A model generated the notes under the pieces. The model was not told the DNA's origin, made no database searches, and saw only the letters and a program-made list of their open reading frames with translations. Both the position numbers and the translations under genes were made by a program. A DNA stretch of 64,000 nt from Actinomycetales bacterium (GTDB lineage: Bacteria; Actinomycetota; Actinomycetes; Actinomycetales; CAVURS01): positions 1-64,000 of the forward strand of contig JBJMHS010000073.1 in the NCBI GenBank assembly GCA_045807245.1, written 5' to 3'. Shown one piece after another: positions 28,706-38,778 of this stretch. Numbering within the stretch: the first letter of the stretch is position 1; each line of letters opens with the position of its first letter.

Positions 28706-29284
28706 TCAGCGCTCGCTCATCTCGCGTAGCCGCGAGGCACCGCGACGCATGAACAACCCGATCGGCACGAGCAGCAACAGCAGGACCACGAGCCAAAGTG
28801 CTTTGCCAGCACCGGATTTCGAGGTCGACGTGGCGTTCCCGCTCGCTGACGTCGCGCTGGGAGTGGCCACTGCTCCCGCCGTACTCGTCGGGCTGCCAGC
28901 AGTGTTGCCGGTCGCCGCGGTGAAGGCGAACGTGCCGAAGACAGCGTGGCCGTCGTCCGCGGTGACCCGCCAGGTCACGGTGTAGGAGCCAGCAGGCGAG
29001 CCGTCCTTGATCGCCTGCGTGACCTTGTTGCCGGAGAACGACGGAAGGCCGTTCTGGACGTTCCCGTCGGGGCCTTTGACGAGGACCTGGCTCCCGGTCT
29101 TGACGGGTGGCTCCTCGAAGGTCAGGACGACCTGGTCGGGCAGGACGGCGACCTGGCTCTTGTCGGCCGGGTTGGTGGAGATCAGCTCGTCGTGGGCCTG
29201 GGCCGGTGCAGCGAGGACCACCAGGGCGGCGGCGGTGAGCACGGCTACGCCGATCCGGCGCGGGATGGTGCGGAGTCGGTGCAT
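28706..29284 (-). CDS. copC: Copper resistance protein CopC with C-terminal membrane anchor
   Basis: Signal peptide ending AQA followed by mature His1 (HDELISTNP), and YTVTWRVTADDGH. Confidence 0.88.
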   Translation of the reverse strand: MHRLRTIPRRIGVAVLTAAALVVLAAPAQAHDELISTNPADKSQVAVLPDQVVLTFEEPPVKTGSQVLVKGPDGNVQNGLPSFSGNKVTQAIKDGSPAGSYTVTWRVTADDGHAVFGTFAFTAATGNTAGSPTSTAGAVATPSATSASGNATSTSKSGAGKALWLVVLLLLLVPIGLFMRRGASRLREMSER

Positions 29285-29352
29285 CGAAAATCCAGGTTCC
29301 GCCACGTCTGAGAGCCTAGGTCCGCGCATATCGGCAACGGCAAGGAGGGCTC

Positions 29353-30717
29353 GTGGATCTGGCGGCCTGGGCGCGGAAGGCGATCGACGCGAATGCCGCG
29401 TGGGCGGCCGAGTGGGGCCCGTTCGAGGTTCACCCGGCGCTGGACGTCGCCGACGATGCCTTCGGTGCCGCCTTCGACCTGCTGCAGGACCGGCTGCGCG
29501 ACAACTACCCGTTCGCCCACCCGCGCTATGCCGGCCAGATGCTCAAGCCGCCGCATCCAGCTGCCGTCGTCGGATATCTCGCCGCGATGCTGGTGAACCC
29601 GAACAACCACGCGCTGGACGGTGGCCCGGCGACGGCCCGGATGGAACGCGAGGTCGTCGGCCAGCTCGCGACGATGTTCGGCTTGGGTGACCATCTGGGC
29701 CATCTGACGACGAGTGGCACCATCGCCAACCTCGAGGCGCTGTTCGTCGCCCGGTCGCTGCATCCCGACCTCGGCGTTGCGTACAGCGCGGAGGCCCACT
29801 ACACGCATGGGCGGATGTGCGGTGTGCTCGGCATGGCCGGACACCGGGTGCCGGTCGACGGCCGAGGGCGGCTCGACGTCGCCGCGCTGGACGCGCTGCT
29901 CGCCGAGGGGACGGTCGGGACGGTTGTGGTGACGGCCGGGACGACCGCCTTGGGCGCGGTCGAACCGGTGCACGAGGTGCTCGCCGTCGCGCGGCGGCAC
30001 GGAGTGCGAGTCCACGTCGACGCGGCGTACGGCGGGTTCTTCACGTTGCTGGCCGGGCTGGACGGTGAGGCCGGCATCGAGGCGGCGCCGTGGCGAGCTA
30101 TCGGAGCTTGCGACTCGGTGGTGGTCGACCCGCACAAGCACGGCCTGCAGCCGTACGGGTGCGGCGCCGTCCTGTTTGCCGACCCGTCGGTCGGCCGGTT
30201 CTACCTGCACGACTCGCCGTACACGTACTTCACGTCCGACGAGCTGCATCTCGGCGAGATCAGCCTCGAGTGCTCACGGGCCGGGGCGAGTGCCGCTGCG
30301 CTGTGGCTGACCTTCCAGCTGTTGCCGCCGACGCCGGACGGGTTGGGTCAGGTGTTGGCCGCGGGCCGTCGGGCGGCCCTGCACTGGGCCAGGTTGATCG
30401 AGTCGTCGGCGGAGCTGGCGCTGTACCAGCCGCCGGAGCTCGACATCGTGTCGTACTTCCCCGCGACGGATCCGTTGGCGCTCAGTCGGATCGATGCCGC
30501 GTCGGCGCGAGTGCTGGACGACGGGATGAAGGCTGCGGGGGACCCGGTCTTCCTGAGCACGCTCCACGTGACCGCCGATGCGATGGCGCTGCGGCAGCCA
30601 TCGGTCGACCTGGACGCGGACGGCGCACGGATCCTGCGCAGCGTCCTGATGAAGCCTGAGCACGAGGGGTACGTCGAGCATCTGCACGAGCGCGTCATCG
30701 CCCTGTCGGCTGGTTGA
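29353..30717 (+). CDS. PLP-dependent group II amino-acid decarboxylase family protein
   Basis: Motifs TSGTIANLEAL, AHYTH, TAGTT..G, HVDAAYGG, DPHKHG (PLP lysine) and LECSR. Confidence 0.88.
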   Translation: MDLAAWARKAIDANAAWAAEWGPFEVHPALDVADDAFGAAFDLLQDRLRDNYPFAHPRYAGQMLKPPHPAAVVGYLAAMLVNPNNHALDGGPATARMEREVVGQLATMFGLGDHLGHLTTSGTIANLEALFVARSLHPDLGVAYSAEAHYTHGRMCGVLGMAGHRVPVDGRGRLDVAALDALLAEGTVGTVVVTAGTTALGAVEPVHEVLAVARRHGVRVHVDAAYGGFFTLLAGLDGEAGIEAAPWRAIGACDSVVVDPHKHGLQPYGCGAVLFADPSVGRFYLHDSPYTYFTSDELHLGEISLECSRAGASAAALWLTFQLLPPTPDGLGQVLAAGRRAALHWARLIESSAELALYQPPELDIVSYFPATDPLALSRIDAASARVLDDGMKAAGDPVFLSTLHVTADAMALRQPSVDLDADGARILRSVLMKPEHEGYVEHLHERVIALSAG

Positions 30718-30751
30718 CCGTGCCACCGGTGGTCCGGTCCTCCGGCGTCGG

Positions 30752-31135
30752 TCAGCCTTCGTCGAGACAGAGGCAGAACGGGTGGCCGGCCGGGTCGAAC
30801 AGCGTCCGGACGTTCGCCTGGGGCTGGAACTCCGCCACGGTGGCGCCCAGGGCTTCCGCTTCGGCCACGGCGGACTCGAGGTCGCCCACCTGGAAGTCGA
30901 AATGCATCATCGCGCGCTGCTGCCCGTCGACCGGCGGCCACAGCGGAGGCCGGTACCCGTCGGCCTGCTGGAACACGAGGAACGGCCCGCGCTCGGAGGC
31001 CGCAACGATGGCCGTTCCGGGTTCCTCGTGCCCGACCTGCCATCCCAGAAGCTCGGCATAGAACCTCGCCAAGGCACCGGGATCCGGTGCCTCGATCGCC
31101 GTGCCCCACCACATCTCCGCCGTCCGAGATCGCAT
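30752..31135 (-). CDS. VOC/glyoxalase family protein
   Basis: Motifs DPGALARFYAELLGW, HFDFQV and DPAGHPFCL. Confidence 0.9.
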   Translation of the reverse strand: MRSRTAEMWWGTAIEAPDPGALARFYAELLGWQVGHEEPGTAIVAASERGPFLVFQQADGYRPPLWPPVDGQQRAMMHFDFQVGDLESAVAEAEALGATVAEFQPQANVRTLFDPAGHPFCLCLDEG

Positions 31136-31335
31136 GTCCCTACTCTGCCGTGCTCAGGCAGGTGTCACCTGCCCGGAATAGCCTCGGTACGCGGCTCCGG
31201 GGCATTCGGTCCCTCGCCCACCCAGCACTCACCTGCCGCGATGCGGGTTCGACGGGTACGGACGCCGGCCCGTTGATGGCAAGGCATGCCGCTTAACGGC
31301 GCCAACAACAACACTGTGCTATGACCTCTGGTGCG

Positions 31336-32823
31336 TCAGCCGGTATCTCGGAGGTGGGGGTTGCGGGTGAGCCAGTGGGCGGCGAGCTGGCGCAGCCTCG
31401 CTTCGATGTGGCGGAGGTGGTCGTTGGGTTCGGCCGGTGGTGCTCCGGGTCGCGGCGGATGCCAGGTGACGTGTCCGTCGATGAGATGGCCGGTCCAGCC
31501 GGTGGCGTGCACGTGGCGATGGTGCCGCCCGCACAGCAGGGTGCCGTTGGCGTCCGAGGTCGCCCCGCCCGGCTTGCCGTCTCGCCCGAAGGCGACCAAA
31601 TGATGGGCGTGGCACCACGGCGGAGGCGCGGAGCAGTTCGGGAAGGTGCAGTGCCGGTCGCGGAGCTCGATGGCCCGCCGGATCCGGGGCGGGAACCGAT
31701 AGACCGAATCGCCCACGTCCAACGGGCGTCCGTCGCCGTCGAGTACGGCGGGGACCACTTCGGCGTCGCAGAGCAGGGTCTGGGCTTGCAGTGGGGAGAT
31801 TTCCCAGCCGCCGGGCTCACCGGTCTCGACCACGGCCATCGGCGTCCCGGCCTGCCCGCCCTTGCGGGTCAGGTCGGCTTGCAGGGTGGCCAGGTCGGCG
31901 GTCACGATCATCCGCACCGGCAAACCGTGCCGGGACGGCAGCCCACCCGGCTGACCTTGCCGTTGGGCCAGGGACAGCTCGGCCAACCCGGTCAACGCGT
32001 CCGCCATCCGTTGGCCGCGGCTGCGCGGGTCCACTTCCCCGTCGGCGGCCGGACGCGGCTGGGCCAACGAGTCCAGGGCCGTCTGGAGCAGGGCGCCGTC
32101 CTTGGCCGGCAGCGTGGCGGTCAGCCACCACATCCCACTGGACTCCTGGGTCAACGTGGCTTGGCGCAGGTGCTGTTGGGCGTCCTCATCGCGGGCCAGC
32201 CGGTCGGCGGCGTCGGGGTCCAGCCGGTGCCGCAACGCCACCCCGACCTTGCCCAGCTGACCGGCATCCAGCCGCGTGGCTTCATCGAGCATCAGCTGCT
32301 GGGCCTCACCCCACGTGGTCGCGTCCACATCCGGGACGTCGTCCAGGGCGCACATCGTCCGGGTCACCGCTGCCGTCTGACCGACGCCGATGTCCCCGGC
32401 GGTGAACGCCTCCCGCGTGGGGGCCAGGTCCGGGCGGGGCAGCTCCTCGGCCAGCTGGGCCCGCTGGGCCGCCGCCTGGCGTGTCAACGGCACCTGAGCG
32501 CGCAGCCACGCCCCGCCCGACCGGTGTCCGGAGCCGACCAGCACCCCCCGCTTGACGGCCTCGCCCACGGCCGCGACCTGGGCGGCGACCCCCTGGTTCT
32601 CCACCCGGCCCAACAGCTGGATCCGCTCGATCAGGTCCGGCTCGGCGTACTGCCACCACGGCGCATCCCCGAGCGCTTCCAAGACCACCGGCAACGCCGC
32701 CATCGCCTGCTCCGGGCTCAACGAACCCCGCGCGATGGGCGACTCCGGCAAACCCACCGACTCCGGCTCGCCACCACCGTCACCGACACCGTCACGGAAG
32801 AACGACGCACCCCTGCGATCCAT
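31336..32823 (-). CDS. DUF222 plus HNH endonuclease protein (REP13E12-like), copy 1
   Basis: Motifs QRMADAL, LCDA...P, RDRHCTFPNC...WCHAHH and NGTLLCGRHH..VH. Confidence 0.92.
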   Translation of the reverse strand: MDRRGASFFRDGVGDGGGEPESVGLPESPIARGSLSPEQAMAALPVVLEALGDAPWWQYAEPDLIERIQLLGRVENQGVAAQVAAVGEAVKRGVLVGSGHRSGGAWLRAQVPLTRQAAAQRAQLAEELPRPDLAPTREAFTAGDIGVGQTAAVTRTMCALDDVPDVDATTWGEAQQLMLDEATRLDAGQLGKVGVALRHRLDPDAADRLARDEDAQQHLRQATLTQESSGMWWLTATLPAKDGALLQTALDSLAQPRPAADGEVDPRSRGQRMADALTGLAELSLAQRQGQPGGLPSRHGLPVRMIVTADLATLQADLTRKGGQAGTPMAVVETGEPGGWEISPLQAQTLLCDAEVVPAVLDGDGRPLDVGDSVYRFPPRIRRAIELRDRHCTFPNCSAPPPWCHAHHLVAFGRDGKPGGATSDANGTLLCGRHHRHVHATGWTGHLIDGHVTWHPPRPGAPPAEPNDHLRHIEARLRQLAAHWLTRNPHLRDTG

Positions 32824-32829
32824 GACTCG

Positions 32830-32852
32830 AACCTAACGACCACCACCGACAA
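32830..32852 (-). promoter_or_regulatory. RecA-NDp (PafBC-type) DNA-damage promoter, leaderless
   Basis: TTGTCGGTG-N8-TAGGTT located 6 nt before the ATG. Confidence 0.75.
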
Positions 32853-32953
32853 TTCAGACACCTGTCCACAGGGCCAAAGGTCACAACCGGATAACAGTCA
32901 CGGTCCGGAAACCGCTGCGCCACAATGAGATTCCTGAGATGCGAATGATGCGC

Positions 32954-34144
32954 TCAGCGCGCCGTACGACGTAACGCTAGCTCGGCCAGCAGCGGCGCGC
33001 AGTCAGGCAGCACTGCGTCGTCGAAGTCCGCGAGCGGCGAGTGGTTGTCCGGTGCGGTGTCCGGGTCGACGCCCTCGCGGCAGGCGCTGATCATGACGTA
33101 AGCGCCGGGCACCTGCTCCAACACGAACGACATGTCTTCGCCGCCCGGGTCCGGATGCGCCCGCTCGCGATAGCGCTCGACGCCGTACATCTTCTTGATG
33201 ACCTCGGCAACGAACGCATACTCACCGTCGTCGTTGACGGTGCTCGGATAACCGAGGACGTACTCGGCTTCGGCCGTCATACCGTGCGCCGCGGCGACGC
33301 CCTCGACGACCTGCCGGCTGCGCGACTCGAGCCGCGCCCGCGCCTCCGGAGTGAAGCTCCGCACGGTCGCCCGGAAGTCGGCGTACGCCGGGATGATGTT
33401 CTCCTTCGTCCCGCTGGTGATCGTGCCCACCGTGACGACCACAGGGTCGAAGACGTCGAACTGGCGGGTCACCATCGCCTGGAGTGCCAGCACGATCTCG
33501 CAGGCCACCGGGATCGGGTCCTTGGCGCGGAACGGGACCGAACCATGCCCGCCCTCCCCGACCACGCGCACGTTGAGCTGGTCGCACGCCGCGAACATCG
33601 GACCCGGGCGTCCCCACCACACCCCGCGCGGGTCGCCGGACGAGACGACGTGCAAGGCGTACGCCGCCTCGACCCGGCGCCCGCTGGCGTCCAGCAGACC
33701 CTCGGCCAACATCGGCTCGGCGCCGCCCGGGGCCTCCTCGCCGGGCTGGAACATGAACACCACGTCGCCTCGCAGCTCTGACCGCAGCTCGGTCAGGATC
33801 CGCGCGGCTCCGACCAGGGCCGCGACATGCAGGTCGTGTCCGCACGCGTGCATCAGACCGGGAGACTGCGACGCATAAGGGACGGCGACCTGCTCGGTCA
33901 CTGGCAGCGCGTCCATGTCTGCGCGCAGCAGCACCGGCGGCCCGTCGCCGGAGCCGCGCAGGACCGCCACGACGGACGAGAGCGCCGTCCCGCGCGTGAC
34001 CTCGAGGTCGAGGCCGGCCAGCGCGTTCAGCACCTGGGCCTGGGTTACGGGCAGGTCGTTGCCCAGCTCGGGCGTCTGGTGCAACGAACGTCGCAGGGCG
34101 ACGAGGTCGGGACCGATGCGGTCGGCGATGGCCTGAGTGCGCAT
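32954..34144 (-). CDS. M20D amidohydrolase (hippurate hydrolase-like)
   Basis: Motifs LHQTPEL, LRADMDALP, MHACGHDLH, FQPGEE, GGHGS.P, GEDMS and NHSP. Confidence 0.93.
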   Translation of the reverse strand: MRTQAIADRIGPDLVALRRSLHQTPELGNDLPVTQAQVLNALAGLDLEVTRGTALSSVVAVLRGSGDGPPVLLRADMDALPVTEQVAVPYASQSPGLMHACGHDLHVAALVGAARILTELRSELRGDVVFMFQPGEEAPGGAEPMLAEGLLDASGRRVEAAYALHVVSSGDPRGVWWGRPGPMFAACDQLNVRVVGEGGHGSVPFRAKDPIPVACEIVLALQAMVTRQFDVFDPVVVTVGTITSGTKENIIPAYADFRATVRSFTPEARARLESRSRQVVEGVAAAHGMTAEAEYVLGYPSTVNDDGEYAFVAEVIKKMYGVERYRERAHPDPGGEDMSFVLEQVPGAYVMISACREGVDPDTAPDNHSPLADFDDAVLPDCAPLLAELALRRTAR

Positions 34145-34227
34145 GGCCGACAACCTAGGACCAGCGCGCGACGACTTCTGCGCCAATCCCGATGTATCTG
34201 GGCGGTCCTGGCGCGACTCCTTCGCAC

Positions 34228-35181
34228 ATGATCCGTCGCGGACCGGTGATCGCCCTGTGCCTGGCCGCGCTCTCGTTCGGCAGCGCCAACACCGGGACGA
34301 AGTACGCGCTGGGCGGCTTCCAGCCCGTCGGTCTGCTGGCGGTCGAGCTCGCGCTCGCCACCGCCCTGCTCTGGGCGGTCGTGGCGGTGCGCGGGTTGCG
34401 CCGGCCTCGCTCCCTCGCCCGAGTGGCGTTGCTCGGTCTGTTCGAGCCCGCGCTGGCGTACCTCGGCCAGACCGCTGGTCTGGCCCGCACCAGCGCGACG
34501 AACGGCGCACTGATCATGGGTTTGGAGTGCGTCTTCGTCGTCGTGCTCGCGGCCGTGCTGCTGCACGAGCCGATCACGCGGGCCGTGGGCATCGCGATCG
34601 TCCTCGCCCTGGTCGGCCTGATCGTGCTCGAGAGCGGTGACGGCATCGTCGGACCGGGCAGCGGAGACATGCTCGTGCTCGTCGGTTCCCTGTGCGCCGC
34701 GGCGTACACGGTCATCGCGCGCGGGCTCGACCCGGGCGAGGACCCGCTCAGCGTGACGGCCCTGCAGTTCACCGCCGCGAGCGCGATCGCCGTACCCGCC
34801 GCGATCGTTGCGTGGGCTCGCGGCGCCGAGTCCGTCCCGACCCACGTCGAACCGCGGTACGTCGTCGTCGCCGCGTTGGTGGGCATCGTCGGATTCGCCG
34901 GCAGCTTCCTGCTCTACAACTACGCGATCGCCACGATCGAGGCAGCGCCCGCCGCGGTGGTCATCAACCTCATCCCGGCCGTCGGTCTGCTCACCGCGGT
35001 CGCCTTGCTGGGCGAGCCGCTCACGACCTACTCGGTCGCGGGCGCGGTCTTGATCTGCGCGTCCGTCGCGATCTTCGGGGCGCTCGAAGCGGTCGCGAGC
35101 CGCGGGGCCGCCCAGGCCCTCGATGTGCGCGTGCTGGTGGACAACGTCGAGCTGCCGATGCTGGCGCGCTCGGTCGCATAG
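34228..35181 (+). CDS. DMT/EamA-family transporter
   Basis: About 10 TM segments in two EamA-like repeats (LLHEPIT and LLGEPLT). Confidence 0.88.
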   Translation: MIRRGPVIALCLAALSFGSANTGTKYALGGFQPVGLLAVELALATALLWAVVAVRGLRRPRSLARVALLGLFEPALAYLGQTAGLARTSATNGALIMGLECVFVVVLAAVLLHEPITRAVGIAIVLALVGLIVLESGDGIVGPGSGDMLVLVGSLCAAAYTVIARGLDPGEDPLSVTALQFTAASAIAVPAAIVAWARGAESVPTHVEPRYVVVAALVGIVGFAGSFLLYNYAIATIEAAPAAVVINLIPAVGLLTAVALLGEPLTTYSVAGAVLICASVAIFGALEAVASRGAAQALDVRVLVDNVELPMLARSVA

Positions 35182-35233
35182 CCGGCGAGCCGGAGTCTTG
35201 TACCGTCAGAGCGCGTCCGACCGAGGAGGAGCC

Positions 35234-36808
35234 ATGGCACTCGTCGTGAAGGGGACTGTCGCGCCGATGGCGCCCGGAGCGGAGCAGGACGTGTTCGCCG
35301 GCCGGGTGTGGCTGGCCGACGACGGCACCGTGGCCGCTGTGACGAAGGGCAATGCCGCCGGACCGGTGGCCTTCCCGGGCGACGCACCGGTCGTCGACGT
35401 GGGCGCCGCTGTCATCTACCCCGGGTTGGTCGACCTGCACAGCCATCTCGGCTACAACTCCCTGCCCCTGTGGTCGGACCCGGGTCAGCTCACGCCCTAC
35501 CTGCACCACGACAGCTGGCCGGGTGAGCCGTCGTACAAGCCGGACGTCTCCTGGCCGGCCTGGACTCTGGCCAACCAAGCCCCGGAGAGCCTGCTCGCCT
35601 ACGTCCAGGTGCGCGCGCTCGCGGGCGGCACGACGTCCATCCAGGGTTGGCCGGCCATGAGCCGGCCGCCGACGAACCGGTTGGTGCGGTGCGTCGACAG
35701 CGACCACGTCGGTCCGCTCGGCGACCCGGTGCGGGTCTATGCCCTGACCCTGAAGCCGGAGGAGCTGGAGTCGCGCCGGACCGCGATGAAGAACGGCTCG
35801 ATCTTCATCTACCACTGCGGTGAGGGGCAGCTCGACTCGATCGTGCGGGGTGAGTTCGACGACCTCGACGACGAGAGCTGCCTTCAGCAACAGCTCGTCT
35901 GCATCCACACGAACTCCTTCGAGGAGACCGACTACCAGCGGTGGCGGACCCAGGCTCGCTCGCTGAACAGCAAGAAGCCGTACGGCTCCGTCGTCTGGTC
36001 GCCGTTCTCGAACCTGTGGCTGTACGGCCAGACCACGAACATCCCCTGGGTGCAGGCGGCCGGCCTCAGCGTCTGCCTCGGCACGGACTGGGGACCGTCA
36101 GGCACGCACAACCTGCTCGGTGAGGCGAAGGTCGCCCGCCTCCACGCCGACGCGCAGGGCTGGAGCCTGAGCGACGCCGACATCGTGCAGATGATGACCT
36201 GTACGCCGGGTGACGTGTTGTCGCGCGCCTGGCAGGTCCCGGTGGGGCGGCTGGTCAAGGGCGCCCTGGGTGACCTCGTCGTCGTGAGCCAGCGCCGCGG
36301 GGACCCGTGGTCCAGCCTGGTCGACGCGCGCGAGCGCGACATACAGCTCGTCGTCGTCGACGGCAAGCCGGTGTGGGGCACGACGGCTCTGTTCAAGGCC
36401 GCGAAAGTCGTTGGTGCGTCATCGGTCCGGGTCGGCTCGACGTACCGTCGGGTGCCTTTGGTGAGGTCCGACGATGTGACCCAGCCGTGGGCCTGGAGCG
36501 CGGTGCTGGGGGCTCTCGACACGGTGCGGGACAACGCCAAGAACGTCCCGCCCTCCGGCCCGGGAGCGGCGCGGTCCGGTCGCCGGCAGGCAGCAGCCTC
36601 GGCCGACCCGCCGGGCACACCTCCGATCGATGTCAACCCCGATATGCCTGGGGGGCCGGCGATCTCGGCCGGCCCACCGCCGCCGGGGCAGAAGGTGCTC
36701 ATCCCGGAGATCGAGCGGATCTACCACGACCCGGCCTGGCTCGGCACGATCGCCAAGGGCGGGTTCCACAACGGCGCGCTGGACGGGCTGGCCGCCGCCT
36801 TCCGTTGA
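35234..36808 (+). CDS. Metal-dependent amidohydrolase, SsnA/COG0402 deaminase-like
   Basis: Motifs PGLVDLHSH (HxH), GGTTS, YHCGE (HxxE), CIHT, WSPFSN and GTDWGPSG; strong RBS GAGGAGGA. Confidence 0.85.
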   Translation: MALVVKGTVAPMAPGAEQDVFAGRVWLADDGTVAAVTKGNAAGPVAFPGDAPVVDVGAAVIYPGLVDLHSHLGYNSLPLWSDPGQLTPYLHHDSWPGEPSYKPDVSWPAWTLANQAPESLLAYVQVRALAGGTTSIQGWPAMSRPPTNRLVRCVDSDHVGPLGDPVRVYALTLKPEELESRRTAMKNGSIFIYHCGEGQLDSIVRGEFDDLDDESCLQQQLVCIHTNSFEETDYQRWRTQARSLNSKKPYGSVVWSPFSNLWLYGQTTNIPWVQAAGLSVCLGTDWGPSGTHNLLGEAKVARLHADAQGWSLSDADIVQMMTCTPGDVLSRAWQVPVGRLVKGALGDLVVVSQRRGDPWSSLVDARERDIQLVVVDGKPVWGTTALFKAAKVVGASSVRVGSTYRRVPLVRSDDVTQPWAWSAVLGALDTVRDNAKNVPPSGPGAARSGRRQAAASADPPGTPPIDVNPDMPGGPAISAGPPPPGQKVLIPEIERIYHDPAWLGTIAKGGFHNGALDGLAAAFR

Positions 36809-36840
36809 CTGTCCCGTCCTCCCCTGGAAGAAGCCCCGCC

Positions 36841-38775
36841 ATGCCGTCCCGCGACCAGATCATCCGGTCCACCCAGCTCGGTGTGGACATCCAGGACGTC
36901 CTGCCGGCCACCTCGCGGGCCATGGCGCTGCTCTCGACCGACCTCGGTCAGACCGGCCAGCTCGCGGTGGTCGACCGCTTCACCGAGCTGCTCGAGGGCC
37001 TGTACGCCCACCTCCCGCTGAAGCGCTCGATGTATGCGATCGACCCGATCCAGCGGCTGAGACTGCTGCGGCAACGGTGCAGCCTGGAGACGCCCCTCGA
37101 CCCGATCGACTTCCACGTGGAGATGACGGAGATCGTGACGGGCCTGCGCGACGCGCACACCCGCTACGTCGGCCCATCGGAGCTCGAAGGCCGGGTCGCC
37201 ATGCTGCCGTTCCTGGTCGAGAGCTACGGGCGGCCCGAGGCGCCGCACTACATCGTGTCCAAGCTGGCCGCCGACGAGGCGGTCACCGGCAGCCAGCGCC
37301 TTTTCCACGAAGGTGTGGAGCTCGTGACCTGGAACGGCGTCCCGATGGATCGCGCCGTCGACCGGCACGCCGACGACGAGACGGGCGGCCGGCCGGACAG
37401 CCGCCGCGCCCGGGCCCTGGAGTCGATGACGTTGCGCGCTTTGCAGTTCGGGCCGCCGCCGGACGAGCTCTGGGTCGACATCGGCTTCCGGGACGACGAC
37501 GGGTACCCGCACACCAAGCGGATGAGCTGGCGGGTCGTGTCGCCGCGCCAGGCCACGACCTCGGGCCAGGGCTCCGGTGGGGCCGTCGGGCGCCGCTTCG
37601 CCGTGGACCCGGCCGCCGAGGCGCACCGCCGCGCCAAGAAGCTGCTGTTCAAACCCGACCTCTGGTTCGACGACCTGACGGCTAGCCGGGCGCGTCCCAA
37701 GCCGGCGACGGTGCCCGCCGGCCAGTGGATCCCCACCACGATGCAGGACGCCCTGTCGGCGAAGGTCTGGCCGGGGGAGGGGCAGAGGGGTCCGCGGCTC
37801 GGCTACCTGCGACTGTGGAGCTTCGACGTCGCGGACGACGACGCGTACGTCGCCGAAGTGATCCGCCTGCTCGGGTTGCTGCCCGACCGCGGTCTGATCA
37901 TCGACCTCCGGGCGAACCCCGGTGGCTCGATCTGGGCGGCCGAGCGGCTGCTCCAGCTGTTCACGCCGAACCAGGTGGTGCCCAACGGGTTCTCTTTCTT
38001 GGCAACGGCGCTCACGCGTGCGATGACCACGGCCAGGCAGACCGCCAACGAGCTGGGCCAGTGGACGGCCAGCCTCCAAGACGCGGTGGCGACCGGAGAG
38101 CTGTACTCCTCCGCCGTACCCATCACTCCGATCGACCGGTGCAACGACATCGGTCAGGTGTACGGCGGCCCGGTGGTCGCCATCACCGACCCGAACACCT
38201 ACAGCGCGGGTGACCTGTTCACGGCCGGCTTCGTGGACAACAAGATCGGGCTGCTCGTCACGGTCGGCCAGGCCACGGGCGGCGGCGGTGCCAACGTGTG
38301 GACCGCGGACGACGTCGACCGGGCCCTGCTCACGACCGACTATGCGTCGAGCGGGCCGCTGCCGGGCGGCATCGGCTACACCGTCTCGGTCCGCCGGGCG
38401 ACGCGAGGCGGAACCGCAAACGGTGTCGCCATCGAGGACGTCGGGGTGCGCGGAGACTTCGAACACGTCATGACCCGGCGCGACCTGACCGGTTCCAACC
38501 CGGACCTGCTGAGCCATGCCGCGCGGATCGTGCTCGGCCGGCGGCGCTCCTCCCTCGAGGTGACACTGCCGTCCGATGACACGGCGCCCCTCCTGGTCCG
38601 CAGCGAAGGAGTGGACTGGCTGGACGTGCTCGTCGACGACGGGTTCCTGCCGTCGCAGCCGGTGCGCACCCCTACGACGCGTGTCGAGCTCCCCGCCGGC
38701 TGGACGACCGTCGAAGTGCGCGGACGCACCCGCGGCAAGCTGCTGCAACGGCGCGTCGTGCGCGCCGGAGGGTAG
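36841..38775 (+). CDS. S41-family serine peptidase, CPAF-like
   Basis: Motifs LRDAHT, GYLRLWSF, LIIDLRANPGG, YSAGDLF, TGGGGANV and IEDVGV. Confidence 0.85.
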   Translation: MPSRDQIIRSTQLGVDIQDVLPATSRAMALLSTDLGQTGQLAVVDRFTELLEGLYAHLPLKRSMYAIDPIQRLRLLRQRCSLETPLDPIDFHVEMTEIVTGLRDAHTRYVGPSELEGRVAMLPFLVESYGRPEAPHYIVSKLAADEAVTGSQRLFHEGVELVTWNGVPMDRAVDRHADDETGGRPDSRRARALESMTLRALQFGPPPDELWVDIGFRDDDGYPHTKRMSWRVVSPRQATTSGQGSGGAVGRRFAVDPAAEAHRRAKKLLFKPDLWFDDLTASRARPKPATVPAGQWIPTTMQDALSAKVWPGEGQRGPRLGYLRLWSFDVADDDAYVAEVIRLLGLLPDRGLIIDLRANPGGSIWAAERLLQLFTPNQVVPNGFSFLATALTRAMTTARQTANELGQWTASLQDAVATGELYSSAVPITPIDRCNDIGQVYGGPVVAITDPNTYSAGDLFTAGFVDNKIGLLVTVGQATGGGGANVWTADDVDRALLTTDYASSGPLPGGIGYTVSVRRATRGGTANGVAIEDVGVRGDFEHVMTRRDLTGSNPDLLSHAARIVLGRRRSSLEVTLPSDDTAPLLVRSEGVDWLDVLVDDGFLPSQPVRTPTTRVELPAGWTTVEVRGRTRGKLLQRRVVRAGG

Positions 38776-38778
38776 CTC

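Larger units (their letters stand above)
31336..32871 (-). mobile_element. Dispersed DUF222-HNH repeat element, copy 1
   Basis: Clearly homologous to 54452-55996, including about 50 bp upstream of the ATG; similarity is lost beyond CTGTGGACA and shortly after the stop codon. Confidence 0.65.

Noticed and set aside
27315..29284. DUF3105-DUF305-CopC grouping
   Set aside because: A commonly seen actinobacterial copper/envelope neighbourhood with nothing atypical visible.
31157..31173. Palindrome GGCAGGTG-T-CACCTGCC upstream of the VOC gene
   Set aside because: Could be an operator, but there is no cognate regulator or second instance to support it.
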